From Acidobacteriota bacterium (GTDB lineage: Bacteria > Acidobacteriota > Thermoanaerobaculia > Gp7-AA8), in assembly GCA_019244185.1 (NCBI GenBank), contig JAFATB010000019.1:256001-320000 (forward strand): 64,000 bases of DNA. Reading direction: 5' to 3'. A model generated the notes under the pieces. That model saw only the letters and a program-made list of their open reading frames with translations, was not told the DNA's origin and did no database searches. A program made the position numbers and the translations under genes. Positions 16,322 through 26,301 of the stretch are shown here, one piece after another. Each line of letters opens with the position of its first letter. The first letter of the stretch is position 1.

Positions 16322-19261
16322 TCACCCTTCCATCGCCATCCGCACGACCTGTGCGAAGTGCAGCGTCTCGCGCCCCGTGGCCTGCTCGATCTGCTCGCGG
16401 CAACTGAAGCCGTCCGCGAGGATGAGCGTCTCCGGACCGGCCGCGCGCACGAGCGGCAGGATCACCCGCTCGCCGATCTCCATCGACATCCCGTAGTGCC
16501 GCTCCTCGAATCCGAACGCGCCGGCCATGCCGCAGCAGCCGGAGTCGGGATGCTCGAGATCGAGTTGCATCCGCCGCAGCACCGCCTCCTCGGCATCGAA
16601 GCGCATGACGGCCTTGTGATGACAGTGCGCCTGCACGAGCGCCTTCCGGTGCAGCGCCGGCAACGGAAATGCGTCGCCTTCCGCGGCGATGAACTCACTG
16701 AGCGTCACCACGCTGCGCGAAAGCTGCAACGCCGTTGCATCACGTGGAAAGAGATTCGGCAACTCGTCGCGGAAGACCGACACGCAGCTCGGCTCGAGTC
16801 CGATGATGGTGAGGTTCTCGTCGAGCTCCGGCCGCAGCACCTCCATCGTCGTGCGCAGCACTTTTTTCGCGCGATCGAGGAAGCCCCAGTCGTACAGCGG
16901 CCTCCCGCAGCAGACGCGCCGCCGCGGAATCGTGACGCCGTAGCCGGCCGCTTCGAGCACGTCCGCCGCCGCACACGCGGTGTCGGGGCGGAAGTGGTTG
17001 TTGAACGTGTCCGGCCAGAGCACGACGCGCTTTTTCCCGCGCGACGCGCCGCGCTCGCGGAACTGCGCGCGGAATGATTTCGGCGCGAAGCGCGGCATCT
17101 GCCGGTGCTTCGAGACGCCGCCGATGCGCCGCGCGAACGGCAGCCGCATCATCGCGTTCGCCAGACGTGGCGTTTTCGATGCGAGTCCCGCCCACCAGTA
17201 GATGAGCCCCATCGTGTAGGCGGGCATCGGCCGTCTACGATTTTCATAGTAGTGAGACAGGAACTCGGCCTTGTACGTGGCCATGTCGACCTGCGTCGGG
17301 CAGTCGCCCTTGCAGCCCTTGCACGACAGGCAGAGGTCGAGCGAGTCCTTGACGGCCTGGTTGTCCCACGAGTCGGGCACGGTCTGGCCCGCGAACATCT
17401 CGAAGAGCAGCCGCGCGCGGCCGCGCGTCGAATGCTCCTCCTCGCGCGTGGCCTGATAGCTCGGGCACATCGTGCCGCCGTCGAGACGGCGGCAGCGGCC
17501 GACGCCGACGCAGCGCAGCACGGCGTGGTTCATCCGGCCGTGGTCTTCTTCGAACGCAAAATGCGTCGGCGGCGACCACGGACTCCAGTCGGCGCCGAGG
17601 CGGAGGTTCTCGTCCGGCATGTACGGCGAGACGAGTTTGCCGGGGTTCATCTTGCCGTCGGGATCCCACAGCGCCTTGAACTCGCGGAAGGCCTGCATGA
17701 GCTCCGGACCGAACATCTTCTCCAGCAGTGCCGCGCGCGCCTGGCCGTCGCCGTGCTCACCGGAGAACGATCCGCCGTGCGATGCCACGAGATCCGCCGC
17801 GTCGTCGAGAAACGCGCGGAACTTCGCGATGCCGGGCGCGGACGTGAGATCGAAGTTCGTGCGCGTGTGCACGCAGCCGTCGCCGAAGTGGCCGTAGAAA
17901 TCGCCGCCGTAGCCGTAGCGCTCGAGGAGCGCGCGCAGCTCGCGCAGATAGCGGCCGAGCTTCTCCGGCGCGACCGCGGCGTCTTCCCACCCTTCCCACA
18001 TGAGCGGCTTGCCGGGAACGTGTCCGGTCGCGCCGAGTCCGGATTCGCGCACGGCCCAGACGAAGCGCGCTTCCTTCGAGTTGTTGTCGAAGAGGCGCGT
18101 CCGCGCGGAGTCGAGCGTCGCCGCGAGCCGCCGCGCTTTCTCCTTCGCCTCGCCGATCGCCTCGCCGCCGAATTCGACGAGGAGCCACCCGCCGCCCGGC
18201 GGCAGGAGCGCGATGCCGTGCGGGTTCATGCGCTTGTGCTCCTGGTCGCGCACGAGGAGATCGTCGAAGCCTTCGAGGCCGATCGGGCCGTAGCCGAGAA
18301 CGCGCGGCACGTCGTCGGCGGCCTCGTAGACGCTTGGATATCCAACGATCAGCAAGGCGCGCGCGGGCGGGCTGTAGACGAGCTTCGCCGTCGCCTCGAG
18401 CACGAGCGCGCACGTCGATTCGGAACCGACGAGAGCGCGCGCGACGTGGAAGCCGTTTTCGGGAAGCAGCTCGTCGAGGTTGTAGCCGGAGACGCGGCGC
18501 GGGATTCGCGGGAAACGCTGGCGGATGAGGTCCGCGTAGCGATCGCGAATGCTCGCCAGGCCGGCGTAGATCGCGCCGCGGCGGCCGCCGTCCGCGATGA
18601 TGCGTCGAAGCTCGTCCTCGCTCGTCGCGCCGACGCGCATCCGGGTGCCGTCGTAGGTCAGCACGTCGAGCGCCTCGATGTTGTCGACCGTCTTGCCGGC
18701 CATGATCGAGTGCACGCCGCAGGAGTTGTTGCCGATCATGCCGCCGAGCGTGCATTGCGCGTGCGTCGCGGGATCGGGCGCGAACGTCAGCGTGTGGCGT
18801 TCGGCCGCGGCGCGCAGATCGTCGAGCACGATGCCCGGCTGCACGCGCGCGAAGCGCTGCGCGGGATTCATCTCCACGACCGCGTGCATGTACTTCGACA
18901 TGTCGAGGATCACCGCGATGTTGCAGCACTGGCCGGCGAGGCTCGTCCCCGCGCCGCGGCCGAGGATCGGCGCGCCGTACTTGCGCGCGAGGGAGACGGC
19001 GGTGATGACGTCGTTCGCGTCACGCGGCAGGACCACGCCGATCGGGACCTGGCGGTAGTTCGACGCGTCGGTCGAATAGAGCGCGCGAGAGCCGTCGTCG
19101 AAGCGCACTTCGCCGAGGATCGACGCGCGGAGCTCGGCCGCGAGCGCGGCGGCGTCGATGTCGAGCGACTGCACGCGGTCGCGATGTTCGATGCGTGCGC
19201 GCACGGAGCGTTCCTCGTGCGGGAACGGCACGGGCGCGGGGCGGTGGAACTCGCGGCTCAC
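16322..19261 (-). CDS. FAD-linked oxidase with 4Fe-4S and CCG domains (YdiJ/GlcD-GlcF-like)
   Basis: RGAGTSLAGQ, GEHGDG, CVGVGRC, CLSCKGCKGDCP, CCG motifs. Confidence 0.93.
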   Translation of the reverse strand: MSREFHRPAPVPFPHEERSVRARIEHRDRVQSLDIDAAALAAELRASILGEVRFDDGSRALYSTDASNYRQVPIGVVLPRDANDVITAVSLARKYGAPILGRGAGTSLAGQCCNIAVILDMSKYMHAVVEMNPAQRFARVQPGIVLDDLRAAAERHTLTFAPDPATHAQCTLGGMIGNNSCGVHSIMAGKTVDNIEALDVLTYDGTRMRVGATSEDELRRIIADGGRRGAIYAGLASIRDRYADLIRQRFPRIPRRVSGYNLDELLPENGFHVARALVGSESTCALVLEATAKLVYSPPARALLIVGYPSVYEAADDVPRVLGYGPIGLEGFDDLLVRDQEHKRMNPHGIALLPPGGGWLLVEFGGEAIGEAKEKARRLAATLDSARTRLFDNNSKEARFVWAVRESGLGATGHVPGKPLMWEGWEDAAVAPEKLGRYLRELRALLERYGYGGDFYGHFGDGCVHTRTNFDLTSAPGIAKFRAFLDDAADLVASHGGSFSGEHGDGQARAALLEKMFGPELMQAFREFKALWDPDGKMNPGKLVSPYMPDENLRLGADWSPWSPPTHFAFEEDHGRMNHAVLRCVGVGRCRRLDGGTMCPSYQATREEEHSTRGRARLLFEMFAGQTVPDSWDNQAVKDSLDLCLSCKGCKGDCPTQVDMATYKAEFLSHYYENRRRPMPAYTMGLIYWWAGLASKTPRLANAMMRLPFARRIGGVSKHRQMPRFAPKSFRAQFRERGASRGKKRVVLWPDTFNNHFRPDTACAAADVLEAAGYGVTIPRRRVCCGRPLYDWGFLDRAKKVLRTTMEVLRPELDENLTIIGLEPSCVSVFRDELPNLFPRDATALQLSRSVVTLSEFIAAEGDAFPLPALHRKALVQAHCHHKAVMRFDAEEAVLRRMQLDLEHPDSGCCGMAGAFGFEERHYGMSMEIGERVILPLVRAAGPETLILADGFSCREQIEQATGRETLHFAQVVRMAMEG

Positions 19262-19285
19262 GGGGCGAGTGTATCCGCGGGCTGC

Positions 19286-20380
19286 TTACCGGCTGATGAG
19301 TTTCGAGAAGCGGCTGTTCCTCTTGTCCTGATAGAGGAACGCGAGCCGGTCGCGGTCGAACCACTCGAACCAGGTGTCCCAGTCGATGCGCTCGAGCGTG
19401 TCGGTGCCGCTGAAGCCGGGATAGTCGATGCGCAGCACGCCCGGATCGCCTTTGCGGCTGCCGGTGCGTTTGACGTGCGCGGGGAAGCCGCCGCGCGCCT
19501 CGACCCACTGGCGGATCTCGTCGTGGTTGGTGGTGGTAATGGAGGCGGAGGAGGAGCGCTTCGACGTGGACGAGCGTTTCGCGGGGGTTCGTTTCGCGGA
19601 GCTTTGTTTGCTGGATGACGCTCCGCGCTTCGCGGTGCTGCCGCGCTTTGCGCTGCTGCTGGCTTTCGCGCTGCTGCTGCCCTTTGCGGACGAGCCGCGG
19701 CCGGAGCTCGCGCTGCGTTTGGTGCTCGTGCCGCCGCCGCGTTTCGTGGAGGCGCTGCGCTTCGAGGATGTGCTGCTCTTCGACGACGTACTGCGCTTCG
19801 TGCTGCCGCCGCGTTTCGCGCTGGTGCTGCTCGCGCTGCGCGTCGCGGTCGACTTCGACGCGGCCTTCTTCGATCCGCTCTTCTTCGATGCGGATTTTTT
19901 CGACGAACCTGACGACGTGCTCGCGCGCTTCGTGGACGACGACGCCTTCTTCGCGCTCGAGCCCTTCTTCGCGCTCGACTTCGATCCGCTCGACTTCGAT
20001 GCGCTCTTCTTCGCGGAAGACTTCGACGATGACGATGACGACTTCGACGCCGAGCCCCCGCGCTTCGCGGAGCTCGCACGCTTCCGCGACGAAGACGACG
20101 AACCGCCGCGCGCATTGCCGCGCGCGACGAACTTGTTGAAGCGGTTCCCCTTCTCATCGGACAACAGCAGCGCGAGGCGGTCGCGGTCGAACCATTCGAA
20201 GAATTCGTCCCACTCGATCTCCTCGAGCGTGTCTTCGCCGCTGAAGCCGGGGAAGTCGATGCGCAGGATGCCGGGATCCTTGCGCGAGCCGGTGCGCTTC
20301 ACGCGCGCGGGATGTCCGCCGCGCGTCTCGACCCACTGGCGAATCTCATCGTGATCCGTCGTCGCTTGTGCAGTTGCCAT
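19286..20380 (-). CDS. Protein with two copies of an about 80-aa domain joined by a Lys/Ser/Arg-rich low-complexity linker
   Basis: TT(D/N)HDEIRQWVE.RGG.PA.VKRTG..PG.LRID.PG repeated at both termini. Confidence 0.85.
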   Translation of the reverse strand: MATAQATTDHDEIRQWVETRGGHPARVKRTGSRKDPGILRIDFPGFSGEDTLEEIEWDEFFEWFDRDRLALLLSDEKGNRFNKFVARGNARGGSSSSSRKRASSAKRGGSASKSSSSSSKSSAKKSASKSSGSKSSAKKGSSAKKASSSTKRASTSSGSSKKSASKKSGSKKAASKSTATRSASSTSAKRGGSTKRSTSSKSSTSSKRSASTKRGGGTSTKRSASSGRGSSAKGSSSAKASSSAKRGSTAKRGASSSKQSSAKRTPAKRSSTSKRSSSASITTTNHDEIRQWVEARGGFPAHVKRTGSRKGDPGVLRIDYPGFSGTDTLERIDWDTWFEWFDRDRLAFLYQDKRNSRFSKLISR

Positions 20381-20393
20381 GCTGCCGGACGCG

Positions 20394-20409
20394 TGCACAA
20401 CGATTGCCA
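20394..20409 (-). promoter_or_regulatory. Putative sigma-54 promoter
   Basis: Minus strand tGGCAATCGTTGTGCa, ending 13 nt upstream of the ATG at 20380. Confidence 0.6.
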
Positions 20410-20423
20410 AATAGAATTGCGCC

Positions 20424-21818
20424 ATGCGCAACGGACTTCTCGCGCGCGCCGGCATGCGCATCGCCGACGCGTGCGAACGCTTTTTCCCGGACGCTTTCGT
20501 CTTCGCGCTCGCCGCGATCGTGCTCGTCTTCCTCGGCGGACTGGCGATCGGCGTCCCCGCGCCGAAGCTCGCCTCCGAGTTCGGCGGCGGCTTCTGGTCG
20601 CTCGTGAATTTCACGATGCAGATGGCGCTGGTGATCATCGGCGGCTTCGTCGTCGCGTCGTCGCCGCCGGTCGCGCGACTGACCGCACGCCTCGCCGCGG
20701 TTCCGAAGAGCGGCCGCGGCGCCGTCGCCTTCGTGGCCGCGTTCGCAATGCTGTCGTCGCTGCTGTCGTGGGGACTCTCGCTGATCTTCACGGGCCTGCT
20801 CGTGCGCGAGATCACGCGCCGCTTCGACGCGAGCCATCGCCGCGTCGACTATCGCGCGATCGGCGCCGCCGCGTACCTCGGCCTCGGCAGCGTCTGGGCG
20901 CTCGGCCTCTCGTCGTCCGCCGCGCTGCTGCAGGCGACGAAGTCGTCGATCCCAGCGTCGCTCCTGCCGATCACCGGCGTCATTCCGCTGACGCAGACGA
21001 TCTTCCTCTGGCAGAACGCGGTCACGGCGATCGTGCTGATCAGCGTGTCCGTGATCGTTGCCTACGTCTCCGCGCCGCGCGACGAAGACGCGCGGACCGC
21101 GCAGTCGCTCGGCGTCGTCTTCGAGCCGGTCGCGGACGACGCGCCGGAGCTGCGCACGCCCGGCGATCGCGCGGAGAACAATCCGATCCTCAGCGTCGTC
21201 ATCGCGCTGCTGATGTTCTGGTACCTCGGGCAGCAGTTCGTCGAGAAAGGCGGCCTCGCCGCGCTCGACCTCAACAACTTCAACTTCGCCTTTCTCGCCG
21301 CGGGTCTGCTGCTGCACTGGCGTCCGCGCTCGTTTCTGCGCGCGGTCGCGAAGTCGGTGCCCGCGACCGCGGGCGTGCTCATCCAGTTCCCGTTCTACGG
21401 CGGCATCTTCGGGATGATCTCGAAGACGCCGATCGCGCAGCGGCTCGCGGAGCTGTTCCTGCTCGTCAGCTCGCGCACGACGTTTCCGCTGTTCGTCGCG
21501 CTCTACTCCGCGCTCCTCGGCATGTTCGTGCCGTCCGGCGGCGGCAAGTGGGTGATCGAGGCGCCGTACGTGATGGCCGCGGCGAACGCGTTCCATCTGC
21601 ACCTCGGCTGGACGGTGCAGATCTACAACGCGGCCGAGGCGCTGCCGAATCTCATCAATCCTTTCTGGATGCTGCCGCTGATGGGCATTCTCGGCGTGAA
21701 GGCGCGCGATCTCGCGGGGTACTCGATCCTGCAGCTACTGTTTCACGTCCCGCTCGTATTGCTGTTGTGCTGGCTATTCGCGGAGACGCTGCCGTATCTT
21801 GCTCCAGTTACCCAGTAA
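20424..21818 (+). CDS. atoE: Short-chain fatty acid transporter (AtoE family)
   Basis: PDAFVFA, FTMQMAL, IQFPFYGGI, VPSGGGKW, INPFW. Multi-TM protein. Confidence 0.88.
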   Translation: MRNGLLARAGMRIADACERFFPDAFVFALAAIVLVFLGGLAIGVPAPKLASEFGGGFWSLVNFTMQMALVIIGGFVVASSPPVARLTARLAAVPKSGRGAVAFVAAFAMLSSLLSWGLSLIFTGLLVREITRRFDASHRRVDYRAIGAAAYLGLGSVWALGLSSSAALLQATKSSIPASLLPITGVIPLTQTIFLWQNAVTAIVLISVSVIVAYVSAPRDEDARTAQSLGVVFEPVADDAPELRTPGDRAENNPILSVVIALLMFWYLGQQFVEKGGLAALDLNNFNFAFLAAGLLLHWRPRSFLRAVAKSVPATAGVLIQFPFYGGIFGMISKTPIAQRLAELFLLVSSRTTFPLFVALYSALLGMFVPSGGGKWVIEAPYVMAAANAFHLHLGWTVQIYNAAEALPNLINPFWMLPLMGILGVKARDLAGYSILQLLFHVPLVLLLCWLFAETLPYLAPVTQ

Positions 21819-21825
21819 CGCCCGC

Positions 21826-21851
21826 GAAACCTAACGTTCCCACGAACGTAA
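21826..21851 (+). promoter_or_regulatory. ECF sigma (SigW-type) promoter
   Basis: GAAAC-N16-CGTAA upstream of a DUF4097 gene. Confidence 0.65.
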
Positions 21852-21867
21852 CCGTACATATAGAGAT

Positions 21868-22716
21868 ATGAAGGGTCTTCTTCTCGCCGTCTCGCTGCTC
21901 GCCGGAGCGATCACCGGCCACAACACGTGGCAGCGCCAGATCATCGGCGCCGAGCAGGATCATTCGCTCGCGCAGGAAGGTAGCGACTGCGAGCACTTCT
22001 ACTCGACGACCTTCACGAGCTTCCCGGTGCAGATCGACGATCAGGAACAGCGCGAGCTCCCGCTGACGAACATCGAGCAACTGCACGTCGTCACCGGGCA
22101 GGAAGGCAGCGTCTCGATCCGCGGCTGGAACAAGCCGTTCGCGCGTCTCATCGTCTGCCGCCACGCCGTCGGCCAGACACGCGAGCAGACGCGGCGCATC
22201 CTCGAGTCGATTACGGTCTCGCACGCGGAAGGGGAGATCGTCGCGCACGGCCCCGACCTCGACGAGACGCAGGCGTGGTGGGCGAATGTGATCCTTTACG
22301 TGCCGCGCAAGACGAACATCGACGTCCACGCGGCGAACGGCGGCGTCGCGATCCGCAACGTCGAAGGACACGTGACCGCGTCGGCGACGCGCGGCGGCAT
22401 CTCGGTCGCGCAGTCGACAGGCCGCTACGACATCACGACGCAGAGCGGCGGCATCACGCTCGACCGCGTCTCAGGACGCGTCAGCGCGGCCTCGCACGAA
22501 GGTCCGATCGCGCTCAAGCTCGCGCCGCCGGACGTGCCCTCGCTCGAGGTGAAAGCCGAGCGCACGGGCGACATCGTCTGCCGGCTCGACGCGTGCGGCA
22601 ATCGCGGCGCGAGCACGTGGACGGCGAACCGCCGGCTGCTGCGCATCGGCGGCGGCGCGCCCGACTACCGGCTCTCCACGACCGGCGCGCGAATCCTCAT
22701 CGATTACCTGCGCTAA
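21868..22716 (+). CDS. Exported DUF4097-like beta-repeat protein
   Basis: Signal peptide. VP then repeated (A/T)xxGG(V/I) units. Confidence 0.75.
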   Translation: MKGLLLAVSLLAGAITGHNTWQRQIIGAEQDHSLAQEGSDCEHFYSTTFTSFPVQIDDQEQRELPLTNIEQLHVVTGQEGSVSIRGWNKPFARLIVCRHAVGQTREQTRRILESITVSHAEGEIVAHGPDLDETQAWWANVILYVPRKTNIDVHAANGGVAIRNVEGHVTASATRGGISVAQSTGRYDITTQSGGITLDRVSGRVSAASHEGPIALKLAPPDVPSLEVKAERTGDIVCRLDACGNRGASTWTANRRLLRIGGGAPDYRLSTTGARILIDYLR

Positions 22717-22741
22717 CTCGTTCCGCGCCAGCTCTTTTCCG

Positions 22742-22757
22742 GGGCATGGATGCTGCA
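22742..22757 (+). promoter_or_regulatory. Putative sigma-54 promoter
   Basis: gGGCATGGATGCTGCa = GG-N10-GC. Confidence 0.55.
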
Positions 22758-22807
22758 CTTTCGGACGTGCCCGCAGCGAACCCGTGCGGCGCAGAAAGAG
22801 TGACGCA

Positions 22808-23611
22808 ATGGCAGCACTGGCACCGGTCCTCGACGAGAGCACGATCCGTTTCTACCGGCAGGCCTTGTCCATCCTCGAAGAGGCGAACGTTCCCACCCTC
22901 GTCGGCGGTGCGTACGCGTACGCGCGCTACACCGGCATCGAGCGCCACACCAAAGACTTCGACGTGTTCATCCGCCGCGAAGACTTCCAGCGCGCGGCGT
23001 GGGCGTTTCAGAAAGCAGGCTTCAAGGCCGAGCTGACGTTTCCGCACTGGCTCGGCAAGGCGTTCAAGGGCGACGATTTCGTCGATCTGATTTTCAGCGC
23101 CGGCAACGGCGTGGCCGTCGTCGACGACCGCTGGTTCGAGTACGCGGTGCGCGATCAGGTGTTCGGCGTCGCCGTGCAGCTCATCCCCGCCGAAGAGATG
23201 ATCTGGTCGAAAGGGCTGATCATGGAGCGCGAGCGCTTCGATGGCGCCGACGTCGCGCACGTCATCCGCGCGGTCGGCGACAAGCTCGACTGGAAACGCC
23301 TTCTCGAACGCTACGGCAAATACTGGCGCGCGCTGTACGCGCACCTCGTGCTCTTCGGCTTCATCTATCCCTCGGACCGCGACAAGGTGCCGGGCTGGGT
23401 GGTCAACGAGTTGACCAATCGCCTGCGCGAGGAGACCGAGCAGGGAAACGCGAACGAGAAGGTCTGCTACGGCACGATCATCTCGCGGCAGCAGTACCTC
23501 AAAGACATCGGCGAGTGGGGCTACGAAGACGCGCGGCTCCACGAGGCGACGATGAATCAGGAAGAGATCGATCACTGGACCGCGGGCATTTCGGTCGACG
23601 GAGCGAAGTGA
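22808..23611 (+). CDS. Nucleotidyltransferase family protein
   Basis: LVGGAYA...TKDFDVF pol-beta superfamily motif, VDLIF. Confidence 0.85.
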   Translation: MAALAPVLDESTIRFYRQALSILEEANVPTLVGGAYAYARYTGIERHTKDFDVFIRREDFQRAAWAFQKAGFKAELTFPHWLGKAFKGDDFVDLIFSAGNGVAVVDDRWFEYAVRDQVFGVAVQLIPAEEMIWSKGLIMERERFDGADVAHVIRAVGDKLDWKRLLERYGKYWRALYAHLVLFGFIYPSDRDKVPGWVVNELTNRLREETEQGNANEKVCYGTIISRQQYLKDIGEWGYEDARLHEATMNQEEIDHWTAGISVDGAK

Positions 23612-23613
23612 CG

Positions 23614-24399
23614 ATGGCCGGACCGGAAACGCTCCGCATCGCCGCCGTCGCCGACATCCACGTCAAGAAGACCGCGCAGGGCGCGCTGCAGCCGCTCTTC
23701 ACGCAGATCACCGAACAGGCGGACGTTCTGCTGCTCTGCGGCGATCTCACCGACTACGGCGCTGTCGACGAGGCGAAGATCCTCGCGAAGGACATCACCT
23801 CCGCGCTGCGTATCCCCGCCATCGGCGTCCTCGGCAATCACGACTTCGAGTCGGGACACGAGAAGGACGTCGTTGACATACTCACCGACGCGGGCGTGGT
23901 GATGCTCGACGGCGACTCGTACGAATTCCGCGGCGTCGGCTTCGCCGGCGTGAAGGGCTTCGCGGGCGGCTTCGGCCGCCGCGCGCTCGGCGCGTGGGGC
24001 GAGAAGATCATCAAGGACTTCGTGCACGAGACGATCAACGAGGCGCTGAAGCTCGAGGCCGCGCTGGCGCGCCTGCGCACGCCGCAGAAGATCGGCGTGC
24101 TGCATTACTCGCCGATCCAGGCCACGGTCAACGGCGAGCCGCCGGAGATCATCGCCTTCCTCGGCTCGAGCCGGCTCGAAGAGCCGCTCGACCGCTATCG
24201 CGTGAACGCCGTCTTCCACGGCCACGCGCATCGCGGGACGGCCGAGGGGCGCACGAAGGGGAACGCGCCGGTCTACAACGTGGCCATGCCGGTGCTGGCC
24301 ACGACCTATCCCGATCGTCCGCCGTTCCGCGTGGTGGAAGTGCCGGTGGAGACGGCGGTCGAAAGCCCTGTCGCAAGCAACGCCCTCGCCGCGCACTGA
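23614..24399 (+). CDS. Calcineurin-like metallophosphoesterase
   Basis: ADIH, GDLTD, GNHD, HGHAH. Confidence 0.92.
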   Translation: MAGPETLRIAAVADIHVKKTAQGALQPLFTQITEQADVLLLCGDLTDYGAVDEAKILAKDITSALRIPAIGVLGNHDFESGHEKDVVDILTDAGVVMLDGDSYEFRGVGFAGVKGFAGGFGRRALGAWGEKIIKDFVHETINEALKLEAALARLRTPQKIGVLHYSPIQATVNGEPPEIIAFLGSSRLEEPLDRYRVNAVFHGHAHRGTAEGRTKGNAPVYNVAMPVLATTYPDRPPFRVVEVPVETAVESPVASNALAAH

Positions 24400-24443
24400 T
24401 CGCGCCGCCGCTTCATGCTCTTCTGTGGTATTACGAAGAGCAA

Positions 24444-24974
24444 GTGACGGAGCTCGAATACTGCGTTCTCGGGATCGTATGGGAAGGCGGACCGCTCACC
24501 GCGTATGAAGTGGCGAAGCCGTTCGCGGAGTCGCCGTCGTCGTACTGGAGCGGCAGCGCGGGCGCGATCTATCCGCTCGTGCGGCGGCTCGAGGAGAAAG
24601 GGTTCCTGCGCGGCAAGAGCGCGCAGTGGAACTCGCGCCGCAAGCGTGTGCTGACGATCACCGAACAGGGACTCGCCGCGTTGCGCGAATGGCTCGCGCC
24701 GCCGTTTCCGCCGTCGGCCGGCGCGGCGAGCTTCGATCCGATCCGCACGCGCGTCGTCTTCATCAACGCGTTGCCCGCGAAGGCGCGCGCACGCTTCTTC
24801 GACGACGCCGAGCGGGTCGTGCGCGAACAGCTCACCGGACTCGAAGAGCTCTACGCCGCGCAGCGCGAGACAGGCACGATGGCGCTCGACGCGCTGAGCA
24901 CGCTCGGCGGCATGCACGAGCTGCGCGCGCGCCTGGCGTGGCTCAGCGAAGTCCGTCGCGAGCTGTCGTCGTGA
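24444..24974 (+). CDS. PadR family transcriptional regulator
   Basis: SAGAIYPLVRRLEEKG..TITEQG..LREWL. Confidence 0.88.
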   Translation: MTELEYCVLGIVWEGGPLTAYEVAKPFAESPSSYWSGSAGAIYPLVRRLEEKGFLRGKSAQWNSRRKRVLTITEQGLAALREWLAPPFPPSAGAASFDPIRTRVVFINALPAKARARFFDDAERVVREQLTGLEELYAAQRETGTMALDALSTLGGMHELRARLAWLSEVRRELSS

Positions 24975-24993
24975 TCGCCGCTAGAATCCGGAC

Positions 24994-26265
24994 ATGCGTC
25001 ACCACGCATTTCCGGACGGCGTCACACGCGAGGGGCTGATCGACTGGTATCGCGCCACGCGCCGCCGCACGCGCGCGTTGTTCGACCTCATCCAGCCCGA
25101 CGCGTACTACGACCGCCCGATCGCCCTGCGCAATCCGGTCGTGTTCTACGAAGGCCACCTGCCGGCGTTCGCCGTCAACACGCTGATCAAGCTAGCGCTC
25201 AAACGCGACGGCATCGACGAGCGGCTCGAAACGCTGTTCGCGCGCGGCATCGATCCCGAGGACGAGGCGGCGGTGAAGAACCCGACCGATCTGTGGCCGT
25301 CACGCGATGACGTGCAGGCGTACGGTGCGCGCGCGGATGCGATGATCGAAGACGCGCTCGGCAACGCGACGCTCGAGCGCGACGACGTCCCGGAGCTGCG
25401 CGGCGGCGAGGCGGTGTTCACGGTGCTCGAGCACGAGCTCATGCATCAGGAGACGCTGCTCTACATGCTGCACAACCTGCCGTACGCGAAGAAGCGCACG
25501 ACGTCCGCGCCGGACGTCGACACGCGCGCCGCCGCGCCGCAGCAGCGCATCGCGATTCCGGCAGGACGCGCGACGCTCGGCGCCGCGCGCGATTCCGCGT
25601 TCGGCTGGGACAACGAGTTCGCGCGCATCACCGTCGACGTCGACGCGTTCTCCATCGACGCGCGCAACGTCACGAACGGCGACTACCTCGAATTCATGCA
25701 CGCCACCGGCGCGAACGCGCCGCACTTCTGGATGCGCGGCGACAACGGCGAATGGCTCTGGCGCGGATTGCTCGCGCCCGTGCCGCTGCCGCTCGACGCG
25801 CCGGTGTACGCGACGCACGACGAAGCCGCCGCGTACGCGCGGTGGAAGGGCGCGCGCCTGCCGACGGAAGCGGAGTATCACCGCGCGGCGTACGGCTCGC
25901 CCGACGGCGACGAACGCGCGCAGCCGTGGGGCGACGATGCGCCCGACGCCACGCGCGGCAACTTCGACTTCGCGAGCTACGAGCCGTTGGCGGCGGGCGC
26001 GCATCCGCGCGGCGCGAGCGCGTGGGGCGTGCTCGATCTCGTCGGCAACGGCTGGGAGTGGACGTCGACGACGTTCGACGCGTTCCCCGGCTTTCAGGCG
26101 ATGCCGTCGTATCTGCCGTACTCGACCGACTTCTTCGATGGCGCGCATTACGTGATGAAAGGCGCCTCGCCCGTCACCGCGCGCGAGCTCGTCCGCCGCA
26201 GCTTCCGCAACTGGTTCCGCCCGAACTACCCGTTTGTGTACGCGACGTTCCGCTGCGTGTATTAG
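24994..26265 (+). CDS. egtB: EgtB/Egt1/OvoA-type non-heme iron sulfoxide synthase (DinB_2 plus FGE-sulfatase domains)
   Basis: LRNPVVFYEGH, EHELMHQE, FGWDNE, RLPTEAE, GNGWEW. Confidence 0.75.
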   Translation: MRHHAFPDGVTREGLIDWYRATRRRTRALFDLIQPDAYYDRPIALRNPVVFYEGHLPAFAVNTLIKLALKRDGIDERLETLFARGIDPEDEAAVKNPTDLWPSRDDVQAYGARADAMIEDALGNATLERDDVPELRGGEAVFTVLEHELMHQETLLYMLHNLPYAKKRTTSAPDVDTRAAAPQQRIAIPAGRATLGAARDSAFGWDNEFARITVDVDAFSIDARNVTNGDYLEFMHATGANAPHFWMRGDNGEWLWRGLLAPVPLPLDAPVYATHDEAAAYARWKGARLPTEAEYHRAAYGSPDGDERAQPWGDDAPDATRGNFDFASYEPLAAGAHPRGASAWGVLDLVGNGWEWTSTTFDAFPGFQAMPSYLPYSTDFFDGAHYVMKGASPVTARELVRRSFRNWFRPNYPFVYATFRCVY

Positions 26266-26301
26266 GCGCGTCAGGTGCGTGTTATGCACGCACCGCCCTT
26301 C

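Noticed and set aside
17105-19618. 837-aa plus-strand ORF and similar long antisense ORFs (25300-27918, 30573-32768, 54608-57004, 59519-62191)
   Set aside because: Shadow frames of well-supported opposite-strand genes in GC-rich DNA, with no motifs.
19428-20354. Repetitive F/D/L/A-rich plus-strand ORF
   Set aside because: Antisense mirror of the K/S-rich linker gene.
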